From positions 2,496,001 to 2,560,000 of the forward strand of contig OZ251539.1 in NCBI GenBank assembly GCA_965243135.1: a stretch of DNA of 64,000 bases, given 5' to 3'. The position numbers and the translations under genes were made by a program. Of this stretch, positions 50,459 to 61,209 are shown in pieces. The notes under the pieces are model-generated. The model saw only the letters and a list, made by a program, of their open reading frames with translations, ran no database searches and had not been told where the DNA came from. The number at the start of each line of letters is the position of its first letter. Within the stretch, counting starts at the first letter, position 1. This DNA comes from Alphaproteobacteria bacterium. Lineage in GTDB: Bacteria; Pseudomonadota; Alphaproteobacteria; MPNO01; UBA830.

Positions 50459-52438
50459 ATGGCCGAAAGCATCGATTTCGCGAACCCGATCTGGCAGATC
50501 GCCGACCTGCTGCGCGGCCCCTATCGCCCGTCGGAATACGAGCGCGTCATGCTGCCGATGACCGCGCTACGCCGCTTCGACTGCGCGCTCGCCCCCACCA
50601 AGGAGAAGGTCCTCGCGGATTACGAGAGCTTGAAGGACAAGCTCAAAGGCGCGCAGCTGAACGCAAAGCTGAACGCGACGGCGGGTCAGCGTTTCCACAA
50701 CCGCTCGCCGCTTGATTTCGACCGGCTGAAGGGCGATCCGGACCGGATCGCGCCGCGTCTTGCGAGCTACATCCAAGGCTTCTCGGCCAATGTGCGCCGC
50801 ATCTTCGAGTATTTCGAGTTCGGGAACGAGATCGACAGGATGCGCGAGGCGAACATTCTCTATCTCGTGGTTTCCCGATTCTGCGACGTGGACCTGCACC
50901 CGGGCAGGATCCCGAATCTGCGAATGGGCCTTATCTTCGAAGACCTGATCCGCCGCTTCAACGAGCTGGCAAACAAGACCGTGGGCGATCACTTCACGCC
51001 GCGCGAGGTGATCCGGCTAATGGTGAGCATCCTGTTCATCGAAGACGATGCGCTACTCGCGCGCCCCGGCACGGCGCACACGCTGCTCGATCCGGCCTGC
51101 GGCACCGGCGGCATGCTGGCCGAGGCGCAAAACTACCTGCGCGACCGCCACCCGAAGGCTCGGCTCTTCGTCTACGGCCAAGATTACAACAAGCGGGCCT
51201 ACGCCACCGCCGCCGCCGACATGCTGATGAAGCAGGTGGATAGCGGCGGCGACAACATCCGTTTCGGCGACAGTTTCCTCAAAGACAGGTTCAGGGGCCG
51301 AACCTTCGACTATTTCCTCACCAACCCGCCGTTCGGCATGGACTGGAAGAAGCAACGCAACAAGATCAGGCGCGAACACGAAAAGGGAGGTTTCGCCGGC
51401 CGCTTCGGCGCCGGCCTGCCGCGAGTGAGCGACGCCTCGCTGCTGTTCCTCCAGCACATGATCGCGAAATTCGAGAGGGTCGCGCCACGCGAGCGCAAGC
51501 ACGGCTCGCGCCTCGCCATCGTCTTCAGCGGGTCGCCGCTGTTCGCCGGCGGCGCGGGGTCGGGCGAGAGCGAGATCCGCAAGTGGATCATCGAGAACGA
51601 CTGGCTCGAAGCCATTGTCGCCCTGCCGGAGCGAATGTTCTACAATACCGGCATCGGCACCTATGTCTGGATCGTCACCAACCGCAAGGAGGAGCGGCGC
51701 AAGGGTTGGATCCAGCTCGTCGATGCACGCGATGCGTGGACCGGCGGCAGCGGCGCGGAGAGCAAGCGCAGCCTCGGCAACAAGCGCCGCCACATCGCCG
51801 GGAACCAGATCGACGAGATCGTGCGCCTCTACGGACGCTTCGAGGACGGCGAGCGCTCCAGGCTTTTCGACAATGCCGACTTCGGCTACACCCGCGTCAC
51901 CATCGAGCGCCCGCTGCGGCTGCGCTACCGGATGACGATCGACAGCAAGGCGCGTTTCCTCGACGCCTGCCCGGAATTGCTCGACGATGTGCAGGCCATC
52001 GACAAGGCGATCGGCGGCGAACCCTTGCCGGACTGGAATGCCGTCCGGGGCTGCATCCACGACCTGCTGCGCGAGCGCGGCGCACGCTGGACGCAAAAGG
52101 AATGGAAGCTCTTCCGCGATGTCTTCGCACGGAAGGATCCCGAGGCCGAGCCCGTCTCCGCGGGCAGTCGAGTCGGCGGGTGGGAACCCGACCCGGCGCT
52201 GCGCGATTTCGAGAACGTGCCGCTCAGGCAGAACATCGATGCCTATTTCGAGCGCGAGGTTCGACCGCACCTGCCCGATGCCTGGATGGACCGCGAGAAG
52301 GACAAGGTCGGCTACGAGATCGCCTTCAACCGCCATTTCCGCAAATACACGCCGCCGCGTTCGCTGGAGGAGATCGACGCGGACCTGAAGGCGGCGGAGA
52401 AAGAGATCGCGCGTCTGTTGCGGGAGGTAGTGATGTGA
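50459..52438 (+). CDS. hsdM: Type I restriction-modification methyltransferase subunit
   Basis: IWQIADLLRG, HFTPREVI, DPACGTGG, NPPF, MFYNTGI, VGYEI. Confidence 0.93.
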   Translation: MAESIDFANPIWQIADLLRGPYRPSEYERVMLPMTALRRFDCALAPTKEKVLADYESLKDKLKGAQLNAKLNATAGQRFHNRSPLDFDRLKGDPDRIAPRLASYIQGFSANVRRIFEYFEFGNEIDRMREANILYLVVSRFCDVDLHPGRIPNLRMGLIFEDLIRRFNELANKTVGDHFTPREVIRLMVSILFIEDDALLARPGTAHTLLDPACGTGGMLAEAQNYLRDRHPKARLFVYGQDYNKRAYATAAADMLMKQVDSGGDNIRFGDSFLKDRFRGRTFDYFLTNPPFGMDWKKQRNKIRREHEKGGFAGRFGAGLPRVSDASLLFLQHMIAKFERVAPRERKHGSRLAIVFSGSPLFAGGAGSGESEIRKWIIENDWLEAIVALPERMFYNTGIGTYVWIVTNRKEERRKGWIQLVDARDAWTGGSGAESKRSLGNKRRHIAGNQIDEIVRLYGRFEDGERSRLFDNADFGYTRVTIERPLRLRYRMTIDSKARFLDACPELLDDVQAIDKAIGGEPLPDWNAVRGCIHDLLRERGARWTQKEWKLFRDVFARKDPEAEPVSAGSRVGGWEPDPALRDFENVPLRQNIDAYFEREVRPHLPDAWMDREKDKVGYEIAFNRHFRKYTPPRSLEEIDADLKAAEKEIARLLREVVM

Positions 52439-53709
52439 AGGACGACGTGCAGATGTCCACCCTTCCGACGAAGCGCCTGAAGTATCTCGTGACGCTTCGA
52501 CGTTCGCCCGTACCGGAAAGCGGGGAAGCGCTTCCGTATATCGGACTTGAAAATATTGGTTCACGGACCGGAAGGCTCGTCGGTGACGCAGAAATCAGCG
52601 GCACAACGACTCCTTTAGCAGACGAGGGGGACAAACCATCGGGAAATTACTTTAAAAGAGGCGATGTGCTTTTTGGAACGCTTCGACCGTATCTTATGAA
52701 GGCATGGGTAGCTGAATTTCCCGGCCGTTGCACGACGGAAGCCCTCGTCATGACTCCTCATGCGATCGAGCCCCGATTCTTACGCAGCGTTTGTCTGTCG
52801 TCTGCGTTCATCGATTCGGTCGATGCGTCAACCTTTGGATCGAAGATGCCTCGCGCTGAATGGAGCTTCATCGGGAATATGCCTGTGCCCGTTCCGACTT
52901 GGAAAAGGCAACATGCCGTCGCCGACTACCTCGATCAAGAGACGGCGCGGCTGGATGCGCTGGTCGCGGCAAAGGAACGCCTGCTGGAGTTGCTTGCGGA
53001 AAAGCGCCAAGCGCTCATCATCCATGCCCTCACTAGAGGCATCGAACTTGGCGCAACGTCTCGCGTTTCCGGCATGTCTTGGCCCGGTGAAATTCCAGCG
53101 CATTGGAGAATGGGCAGACTCAAGGATTTTGGATCCCTTATCGTCGGCGCCGGGTTCTCGCATGAATTTCAGGGCGTCGAGGGAGAGATCCTGCCGTTCT
53201 ACAAGGTTGGAGACCTTGCGACCTCGAGAGACGATCAGCATATTGAACAACCATTGAACACAGTCTCATCTGAGACGGCGACGAGGTCGCGTGCGCGTGT
53301 GGTTCCAGAGGGCGCTTATGCCAAGACAGGAGCGGCACCGTTGTTGAATAGACGCCAGATCACGACATCTCCATGCGTCATTGACAACAACATGACAGCC
53401 GATATCCCAAGCAAAGGGAACCTTACTTCCGGGTGGGCATTCTACTGGACCAGCATCCTCGATTTCGGAATGCTTGCCAATCTGGGGGCCGTGCCTTCAC
53501 TGAGCGAGGGAGATCAAGCGCGAATGCCTATCGCGATTCCACCTGTAGACGAACAACGCGCCATCGTCGACCACCTCGACCGCGAAACGGCACGGCTCGA
53601 CGAACTGGCGGCCAAGACGCGAGAAACCGTCGCGCTGCTCAAGGAACGCCGGACCGCCCTTATCTCGGCGGCGGTCACCGACCAAATGCACGTGGAGAAC
53701 GTCGCGTGA
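52435..53709 (+). CDS. hsdS: Type I restriction-modification specificity subunit
   Basis: Two TRDs; LRPYL, MPRAEW, helical spacers LLAEKRQALI and PPVDEQRAI..ERRTALISAAVT; GTGA overlap. Confidence 0.88.
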   Translation: MKDDVQMSTLPTKRLKYLVTLRRSPVPESGEALPYIGLENIGSRTGRLVGDAEISGTTTPLADEGDKPSGNYFKRGDVLFGTLRPYLMKAWVAEFPGRCTTEALVMTPHAIEPRFLRSVCLSSAFIDSVDASTFGSKMPRAEWSFIGNMPVPVPTWKRQHAVADYLDQETARLDALVAAKERLLELLAEKRQALIIHALTRGIELGATSRVSGMSWPGEIPAHWRMGRLKDFGSLIVGAGFSHEFQGVEGEILPFYKVGDLATSRDDQHIEQPLNTVSSETATRSRARVVPEGAYAKTGAAPLLNRRQITTSPCVIDNNMTADIPSKGNLTSGWAFYWTSILDFGMLANLGAVPSLSEGDQARMPIAIPPVDEQRAIVDHLDRETARLDELAAKTRETVALLKERRTALISAAVTDQMHVENVA

Positions 53710-54968
53710 GGGTCGCGCGCCTCGAACTGGCGAATGTCCGCGCGGTCGAGGCGGCCGAGTTTCGCTTCCAAGACGGCTTCAACCTCGTCGTCGGGGTCAA
53801 CGGGGTCGGTAAAACCACCGTCCTCGACGCCTTGGCCGTCTGCCTTTCCGATGTGGTCCGGCGCGTCAACACGCTTCGGAGTCGTACACGGCGTTTCGAG
53901 GTCGGAGACATCCGAATGGGCGCCGGCGCCCTGGATGTCGCATGCGACATCGAAAACGTCGAAAAAAATGAACGGCACAGTTACGCGCTCCATAAGCCTC
54001 GCGAGACCGCCGCGCCACGGGCGAAACAGGCAGGCATGCCTCGCGAACAGGTTCATGATACGCCCGTAAAGGCGGAGTTCGTCGGAGAAGCGCCGCGGGT
54101 CGCCACGGGTAACGAGCCGGAAGGCCGTCCGTTGGCCGTTCTGTTCTCGAGGATCCGGGCGATTCCAGAAAAGGCGCCCGCGAAGGGCACGGCGCCGGGA
54201 GGCTTGGAAGCCGCGTTTGGGGGTGCCCTGTTGAGCCGGTCGCTGCGCCTCGGCGAGCTCGCAGCATGGATACGGGTGCAGGAGGCGTTGAAGCCGGAGC
54301 GGCCCGCGGCGGGGCATGTATTGGATGCCATGGAGGATGCGGTAAGGCGCTTTCTCCCCGGTTTCCGAAACCTGCGCGTGGATGGCGAAGGCGCGAGCGG
54401 CAGTTCCCTCCTGATCGACCGCGATGCCACGACGCTGCCGGTTCGACTGCTCTCGGACGGCGAGCGGGGCGTTCTGGCGATGATGCTCGACCTGACTCGC
54501 CGGTTGGCGCAAGCCAACCCGGAGATGAAAGATCCCGCCGCCGAGGCCGAGGCGATCGTCCTGATCGACGAGATCGAGCTTCACCTCCATCCGGCGTGGC
54601 AGCGACGGATCGTAACCAACCTCACCAAGACATTTCCGAAATGTCAGTTCATCGCGACGACTCATTCGCCGCAGGTGATCGGCGAGGTGGAGCAAGATCG
54701 GATTCAAATCATGGCCGATGGCGAGGTCCATTCGCCAGCCCATTCTTTCGGCGTCGATTCCAGCCGGGTGCTGGAAGAAATCATGGGCGCGCCCCCGAGG
54801 ACGGAAAAGGTGAAAGAGCTGCTTTCGAAGATATCCCGGACGATCGGCAACGATCGGTACGACGACGCCCGCAAACTGTTAGCCGGACTGTCGGGCCACC
54901 TGGGAGAGAACGACCCCGAGGTGACGCGTATCCTGACTCTGCTGGACTTCATGACGAGCGACGCATGA
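53706..54968 (+). CDS. AAA/ABC ATPase, PtuA-like (Septu / retron effector type)
   Basis: GVNGVGKT Walker A, LSDGER signature, VLIDEIELHLHPAWQ, QFIATTHSPQV. Confidence 0.85.
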   Translation: MRVARLELANVRAVEAAEFRFQDGFNLVVGVNGVGKTTVLDALAVCLSDVVRRVNTLRSRTRRFEVGDIRMGAGALDVACDIENVEKNERHSYALHKPRETAAPRAKQAGMPREQVHDTPVKAEFVGEAPRVATGNEPEGRPLAVLFSRIRAIPEKAPAKGTAPGGLEAAFGGALLSRSLRLGELAAWIRVQEALKPERPAAGHVLDAMEDAVRRFLPGFRNLRVDGEGASGSSLLIDRDATTLPVRLLSDGERGVLAMMLDLTRRLAQANPEMKDPAAEAEAIVLIDEIELHLHPAWQRRIVTNLTKTFPKCQFIATTHSPQVIGEVEQDRIQIMADGEVHSPAHSFGVDSSRVLEEIMGAPPRTEKVKELLSKISRTIGNDRYDDARKLLAGLSGHLGENDPEVTRILTLLDFMTSDA

Positions 54969-55597
54969 GAGCGATCACGAAGGGACCGGAGCCGCAAAGC
55001 CTCACCGCCCATCGTCAGGCTGCGCATAGCGACTACGGCAACTACCAAGACAAGGACGCGCTTCGGGAAGCCTTGGCGACCGAACAGCGAGGGCTATGCT
55101 GCTACTGCATGGAACGCATCCGACCCGATAAAATGAAGATAGAGCATTGGCGATGTCAGGCCCGTTACCCAGATGAGCAGTTGAGCTATCGCAACCTTCT
55201 CGGCGTCTGCTTGGGCGGTGAAGGGCAACCGCCCCCCTTCCAGCACTGCGACACGAAGAAGGGCGATGCCGACCTGCGCTGGAATCCCGCCAATCCCGCC
55301 CATGCGATCGAAGCGCGGGTGCGATATGATCTCAACGGCACCATCAAATCCGATGATGAGACGTTCAATAATCAGTTGAACGAAATTCTGAATCTCAATC
55401 TTGCCTTTCTCAAAAACAACCGCAAAGTCGTTCTGGATGCCTTGTTACATTGGTACAAGCAGCGGAAACCCGTGTCGCCAAAGATATTCGAAAATCAAAG
55501 AGACAAATACATCGTCGAGGGCGGTGAGCTTACTCCTCACTATCAAGTCGCGGTTTGGTGGCTGCAGCAGAAACTCAGGAGGTGCAGCGATGGGTAG
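54965..55597 (+). CDS. HNH endonuclease, PtuB/TIGR02646-like
   Basis: EQRGLCCYCM, IEHW, YRNLLGVC, HCDTKKG, LNLN; ATGA overlap with the ATPase. Confidence 0.85.
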   Translation: MRAITKGPEPQSLTAHRQAAHSDYGNYQDKDALREALATEQRGLCCYCMERIRPDKMKIEHWRCQARYPDEQLSYRNLLGVCLGGEGQPPPFQHCDTKKGDADLRWNPANPAHAIEARVRYDLNGTIKSDDETFNNQLNEILNLNLAFLKNNRKVVLDALLHWYKQRKPVSPKIFENQRDKYIVEGGELTPHYQVAVWWLQQKLRRCSDG

Positions 55598-55616
55598 CGC
55601 GCATGATGCGGAAACG

Positions 55617-55730
55617 GTCACTCGGACACCAAATCCGGGGCTGTGCGCTTCAAGGTTGAACGGGCGGCTTGCGGTCGCGGCAGGTCTCCCGTTCCTCGGC
55701 CGCCAGCCGGACGATGTATTTCTTGTGCAT
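55617..55730 (-). pseudogene. IS630-like transposase N-terminal stub
   Basis: MHKKYIVRLAAEERETC, then a stop; resembles IS630 HTH starts (KKYIVRLxxEER). Confidence 0.5.
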
Positions 55731-55883
55731 GAAAGCGCCTTTATGTTGCATACATCAAACTTCTCGATAGCAAATACTATACGAAAAGTCTAATTTCTTA
55801 TTTGGATAAAGCATCAGCAATTCCCGTTAAGGCTCTAATCCTTGGAAAATATTAGGTCTCAGAAAAATTTTTCGTAGACTTTT

Positions 55884-57772
55884 CTAGGTAGTGCGATTTA
55901 CCTTCGAATGAGGGATTTGTCGCGGCGGCTTGTTCATTGGTAATTTCGCTTTCTCGGCGCACCTTCCGGACATGCGGCCGCCTCAGCGGGAATCGCTGAT
56001 AAAACGCTAGCGAGGCTTCGCCTCAGACCCACGAGGCATGCGCGCTCCCCGGACAGGACTCCAGTCGCTGTTCCGCTCTGCGGCCGAAGCCGCGTCCATA
56101 GTCGCACAAAGGCGTCAGTGGCCATGGCCATGTGGGGAACTCATCGACTGGAGTCCATGCCGTGAAGATAGCACGATCCGTTGCCGAGGTCCTGTCGGAC
56201 CACACGACCTTGGAGCTCGAATGCATCGACCGCCTTTACCTGAACGTTTACGTTCCCCTGCTGCAGACCGGAGCTGGAGTATCGCACTTCTTCCGCCACA
56301 TCCGGGGCAACCCTGTACCATCATCCGTGCTCATGGAGCCGATGACCCGTCGCTTCGTCAAGGGTTTGGAGCGCTTCGCACGGCAACATGAAATCGATAT
56401 CGTCAAATTCGAGCGCAAGGAACGCAAGGACGACCGCACGAAGGAATACCTAAGTCGGTGGCAAGGCGACGAAGGAATACTGTACATCGGTAAAGCTCAA
56501 GAACGCGCCCGTGTGCTCCGTACCGAACGACGATACGATCCTGTCACGGGCACTCCGTACCCTTGGTTGACCAACAGTACGGCGATGGTGAATCACTATT
56601 ACATTTACATTTTCGACGAAGACTTTGGCCCACTGTTTTTGAAGTTTTGTTCGTACTTTCCATACAATGCCAAGCTCTGTCTGAATGGGCACGAATACCT
56701 CAAGACGCAATTAACAAAGCGCGGCATTGCTTTTGAGGCACTGGATAACGGCATTTTGCGTTGCGACGACCATGAGGTCATGAACGCCATTTCGCAAGAG
56801 ATCACATCGGCATGTATCGACGCCCTGTTACGCAAATGGTTGGCACGTCTGCCGCATCCTTTCACCGCCCAGGATCGCATCCATGGTATTCGTTACGATA
56901 TCTCAATTCTACAAGCCGAGTTCGCACTAACCTGCGTGTTCGACCGACCGATTCAAGGTCGTGTGTTCTTTGAGGAAGTAGGAATGTTGACATTGGCCGT
57001 CCTGACCATGTGCAGTTGATCTTTGAGCGTCGAATCACCAGACGCACTCCCTCACGGTGCCGTGTCATTACCGAAGGTGTTGTGCCCTCGTTGCATGTGG
57101 ACTACAAACACTCCCGTATCAAGCAGTACCATAAGGAAGGCCGTGCGCTAAGAACAGAAACAGTCATTAACGACACTTACGACTTCCGCGTCGGCAGACG
57201 ACTATGCAACCTCGATGCTCTAAAGCAAATCGGCTTCGCAGCCAATCGACGCCTCCTGCGCGTCCAACGCATCAGTCACGACAGCCTTCTCGGAACCGAT
57301 ACCTTCGACCAACTTCATCAACCTGTCATCGTGGACAATCGCCGTGTTTCCGCTCTGCGATTCGGAGAACCTCGTGTCGTTGCTGTCCGCTTTGCTGGCT
57401 TTTCGCCTGCTTCCCGCAGGCTTCGCCAACCGGCAATTACGAGAACATGCGGCACCCCTGATGGGTTTGTCCACCGATGCTTATTCACCTAACCGTGCCA
57501 CATCTACGAAGGCTGCGGTTGCGTGGATTGGTTGAACGCATCCCGCACTCACATCGTTACCGCGTAACCGGAACCGGAATAAGGATTGCCCTATGTTATC
57601 AACGGACCCATCGGCGCGTTCTCAGCCCCGCTCTTGGCGCAGTCTTCGACGAACAAACCGGTCCACTCATCCAGAGATTCGATCACGAGATTCAACGCCT
57701 CTGGGAAGGGCATTCCGTTGCCATGTAAATTTGGCTCAAATGGAACGTATTCGGTTCTTTCAAGGTGTCTAG
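55884..57772 (+). mobile_element. Putative mobile element with one multiply frameshifted ORF (about 56162-57728), bounded by CTAG
   Basis: Visibly lower GC; fragments IDRLYLNVYVP, HYYIYIFD, FCSYFPY, KQYHKEGRALRTETVIN and C-terminal wHTH LRRLRLRGLVERIPHSHRY; CTAG at 55884 and 57769; boundaries inferred. Confidence 0.6.
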
Positions 57773-58662
57773 TCTCCTTCGACCACTACGTTCTCGATTC
57801 CGCCAAGGCCTTCGATCTCGATCCGGCATACGTCGCCGGGAGAAAGGTAGGTGCCGTGCGGATGACCGACTCCGCTTCCGGTGCCGGTCGCGATGACGTC
57901 TCCCGGCAACAGCGTGAAGTGCTCCGAGAGAGCTTCGATCTGCTCGACGATGGTGAACACCATCCATTTCGAATTGCTGTCCTGCTTGAGTTCGCCGTTG
58001 ACCCAGGTGCGAAGCGACAGAGACTGCGGATCTTCGACCTCGCTTTTCGGCGTGATCCAGGGCCCCATCGGCGCGGAACCGTCGAACGATTTCTGCCACA
58101 ACCAGTCGGAACTCATGGCGGGCCAGTCCTCGCGCCTCAGATAGTCGCGGGCGGACAAGTCGTTGATGACGGTGTAGCCGACGACGTGATCCATCGCGTC
58201 GGCCGCGCGGACGTTGCGAGCCGCCTTGCCGATGACGACGGCGATCTCGGCTTCCCAATCGAGTTTTCGCGTTATCCGCGGACGGCGAATCGGCTCGCCG
58301 GTTCCGATCACGCCCTGGGGCGAGATCTTGCTGAAGAAATACGGCTTGATCTTCGACTTGTCGACGTCCCTGCCGCTCATTTCCCGAAAGTGATCCTGAT
58401 AATTCGCGGCGGCGCAGAAAATGTTGGCCGGATAGAGAATCGGCGCGGCGAGGACGAGTTCCGCGAGCGGCCGGCCCGCCTTGCCGCCGGCCGCCAGTTC
58501 CTCCAGACGCGGCGCGGACGCCTCCCAGTCCTGCAGCAGGGACAGCGTGGAACATGCCGCGCCGAAGGCATCGGCGACGTCAATCACCGAATCGTCCCGA
58601 AGCAGACCCGCGCGCGGCTCGTCCGCCGGGTTCGCCCTGTAGCTCAAGAGTCGAAACGACAT
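57769..58662 (-). CDS. Fumarylacetoacetate hydrolase family protein
   Basis: AANYQDH, LDWEAEIA, NDLSARD, KSFD, PGDVIATGT. Confidence 0.92.
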   Translation of the reverse strand: MSFRLLSYRANPADEPRAGLLRDDSVIDVADAFGAACSTLSLLQDWEASAPRLEELAAGGKAGRPLAELVLAAPILYPANIFCAAANYQDHFREMSGRDVDKSKIKPYFFSKISPQGVIGTGEPIRRPRITRKLDWEAEIAVVIGKAARNVRAADAMDHVVGYTVINDLSARDYLRREDWPAMSSDWLWQKSFDGSAPMGPWITPKSEVEDPQSLSLRTWVNGELKQDSNSKWMVFTIVEQIEALSEHFTLLPGDVIATGTGSGVGHPHGTYLSPGDVCRIEIEGLGGIENVVVEGD

Positions 58663-58699
58663 CGTCCTTTCCTTCCCGCTGCTCCGGAGGCGAAACGCT

Positions 58700-59410
58700 C
58701 GCTCGATTGGACATCGTCGAGGGCAGCCAGAGCGAGAGTACCGGAAACAGGACGATGAACGCCAGCTTGCCGACGTCGGCGACGACGAAAGGAAGCACGC
58801 CCAAGTGGACGGTGGTCAGCGGCGCGTCGGGCGCGACGCTTCTCAAAACGGGCATGTATAAAGGGAGGCGTTATGAGCCCGACTCGATCACGATAACCAT
58901 GACGATCCCCGCCAGACGAGGCTGTAGTCGAGGACGACGGGTACGATCGCGGGCAGCGTGACGACCATGATGCCGAACGAATCCGTCACGCAACCGAGGG
59001 CGAGGTAAACCGCCGACAACAGGGCGATGACGGCGACCGGCGCCATGTCGAGGTTGGCGATCATGCGAACGATGATGTCCGGCACGCCGCTGACGTTCAC
59101 GAAAAACGAGAACGTCAGCGCGCCGAACGTCCCGGCCGCCGCCGATTCGGTCGCGGTGAAAACTCCCGCGTAGAGACCTCCGAACACGAGGGCGAACAGA
59201 CAGATTACCGGGATCGACCGGCGCAGAGCCGCCCGAATCTCCCGCCGCTCGCTCCTATTCGCCGACGGCGTGTCGGCCGCGAACAGCCGCAACGCGATCA
59301 CCGCGAAATACAGCGATACCGTCGGAATCGCCGGAACGATCGCCGCGATGAACAGCTGACCGATCGAAGTCTCGGTGAAAAGAGCGTGGACTAGAATGGC
59401 GCCGGCACGC
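58700..59410 (-). pseudogene. TRAP transporter large permease (DctM) remnant
   Basis: TETSIGQLFIAAIVP, GVFTATESAAAG, GVLPFVVAD..SLWLP; internal deletions, a frameshift and no N-terminus. Confidence 0.8.
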
Positions 59411-59466
59411 CGCGGCGGACGATCCGGCGCGTTGGCCAAGCCCGGCGAAACTGCTATCGACGCGCC

Positions 59467-60222
59467 ATGTGCACCGTCGTCCTGCTGCGTCGTCCCGATC
59501 GCGACTGGCCTCTTCTTCTCGCCGCGAACAGGGATGAAATGGTCGATCGGCCATGGGGTCCGCCCGGCCGCCACTGGTCCGACCGCGGGAACGTCGTGGC
59601 CGGCATCGATCGGCTCGCCGGCGGCACCTGGCTCGGGATCAACGACGAGGGCGTCGTCGCGGGCGTCCTCAACCGCAGGGATTCCCTTGGCCCCGACCCG
59701 TCCTTGCGGTCGCGCGGAGAACTGCCGCTCGAAGCGCTCGACCACGCGGACGCCGCCTGCGCGGCGGACGCGCTTTCCCGCCTCGACGGACGCAGCTACC
59801 GTTCGTTCAACATGGTTATCGCCGACAATCGCGACGCTTTCTGGCTCCGAAGCCGGGCGTCCCCCGCCGGCGCGGTCGAAAAACGCGAGATTCCGTCCGG
59901 GGTCTCGATGCTGACCGCGTGCGACCTGAACGACGCGGCGTCCGAACGCGTCGCCCACTTCCTTCCCCTGTTCGAGGCCGCGCCGGCCCCCGACCCGGAC
60001 GCCGGAGACTGGCGGGCCTGGGAAGCGCTGTTGTCCAGCACGGAACGCAGCGCGCGCGCCGACCCGCGGGACGCGATGCGAATCGCCGGCGACGACGGTT
60101 TCGGCACCCTGTCGAGCGCCCTGATCGGCCTGCCGTCCGTCGAATCCCCGTCCCGCCGACCGGTATGGCTGTTCTCCGCCGGCCCTCCGGGAACCGTCCC
60201 GTTCGAGCCCGTTCGAGCTTAG
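59467..60222 (+). CDS. NRDE/TANGO2 family protein
   Basis: MC start, AANRDE, GGTWLG, SRGEL, FGTLSS. Confidence 0.92.
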   Translation: MCTVVLLRRPDRDWPLLLAANRDEMVDRPWGPPGRHWSDRGNVVAGIDRLAGGTWLGINDEGVVAGVLNRRDSLGPDPSLRSRGELPLEALDHADAACAADALSRLDGRSYRSFNMVIADNRDAFWLRSRASPAGAVEKREIPSGVSMLTACDLNDAASERVAHFLPLFEAAPAPDPDAGDWRAWEALLSSTERSARADPRDAMRIAGDDGFGTLSSALIGLPSVESPSRRPVWLFSAGPPGTVPFEPVRA

Positions 60223-60303
60223 CGTCTTTGATTCCCCGCTCGGAACGGCTATATCTCCATTGCAAGCGCAACGCAGCGCCATCTCCCGAACCGAGGCAAT
60301 GTC

Positions 60304-61071
60304 ATGGCCCGTCGCAGACGCATCTACGAAGGCAAGGCGAAAGTTCTGTTCGAAGGACCGGAACCGGGCACCTTGGTCCAATACTTCAAGGACGACGCCA
60401 GCGCGTTCAACAATCGGAAAACCGGCGTCATCACCGGGAAAGGAGTGCTCAACAACCGCATTTCCGAATACCTGATGCTGAGGCTCGGCGAGGTCGGCAT
60501 CCCGACCCACTTGGTGCGCCGCCTGAACATGCGCGAGCAACTGATTCGCGAACTGGAGATCATCCCGGTCGAGGTGGTCGTCCGCAACATCGCCGCCGGC
60601 TCCATCGTCAAGCGGTTCAAGATCGAGGAGGGATCGCCCCTGCCGCGGTCGATCGTCGAGTACTATTACAAGGCCGACGAACTGGACGATCCGATGGTCG
60701 CCGAGGAGCACATCACCGCTTTCGGCTGGGCGACTCCCCAGGAAATGGACGAGGTGATGCATCTGTCGCTGCGGGTGAACGATTTCCTGTCCGGACTGTT
60801 TCTCGCGGTCGGCATCCGGCTGGTCGACTTCAAGCTGGAGTTCGGCCGGTGGTGGAACAACGACGACATGCGGATCGTCGTGGCCGACGAAATCAGCCCC
60901 GACAGCTGCCGGCTGTGGGACGTCTCCACCAACGAAATCATGGACAAGGACCGATTCCGGCGCGACCTCGGGAGCGTCGAGGAAGCCTATCAGGAAGTGG
61001 CCCGCCGCCTCGGCATTCTGCCCGAAAGCGGCAGCCCCGGAGACATGGCCGGTCCTTCGGTAATGCAGTAG
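60304..61071 (+). CDS. purC: SAICAR synthase
   Basis: [50 protein letters not shown]. Confidence 0.97.
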   Translation: MARRRRIYEGKAKVLFEGPEPGTLVQYFKDDASAFNNRKTGVITGKGVLNNRISEYLMLRLGEVGIPTHLVRRLNMREQLIRELEIIPVEVVVRNIAAGSIVKRFKIEEGSPLPRSIVEYYYKADELDDPMVAEEHITAFGWATPQEMDEVMHLSLRVNDFLSGLFLAVGIRLVDFKLEFGRWWNNDDMRIVVADEISPDSCRLWDVSTNEIMDKDRFRRDLGSVEEAYQEVARRLGILPESGSPGDMAGPSVMQ

Positions 61072-61209
61072 GGGTCGGGAAAACAGGCTCGTCGAGCCTT
61101 GAGGTTTTGACGCCGCTTCGGATAGAGAAGCCTCGCAGCCGCGCGGACAGAGGCTCAGGCCTTTTCCGCTTCGGAAGCCCCGCAGTCCGGCGACGTGCGG
61201 GAACATGCC

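Noticed and set aside
53706-55597. Retron (Ec78-type) system
   Set aside because: No reverse transcriptase or msr-msd is adjacent; the only RT-related trace is the distant group II maturase tail.
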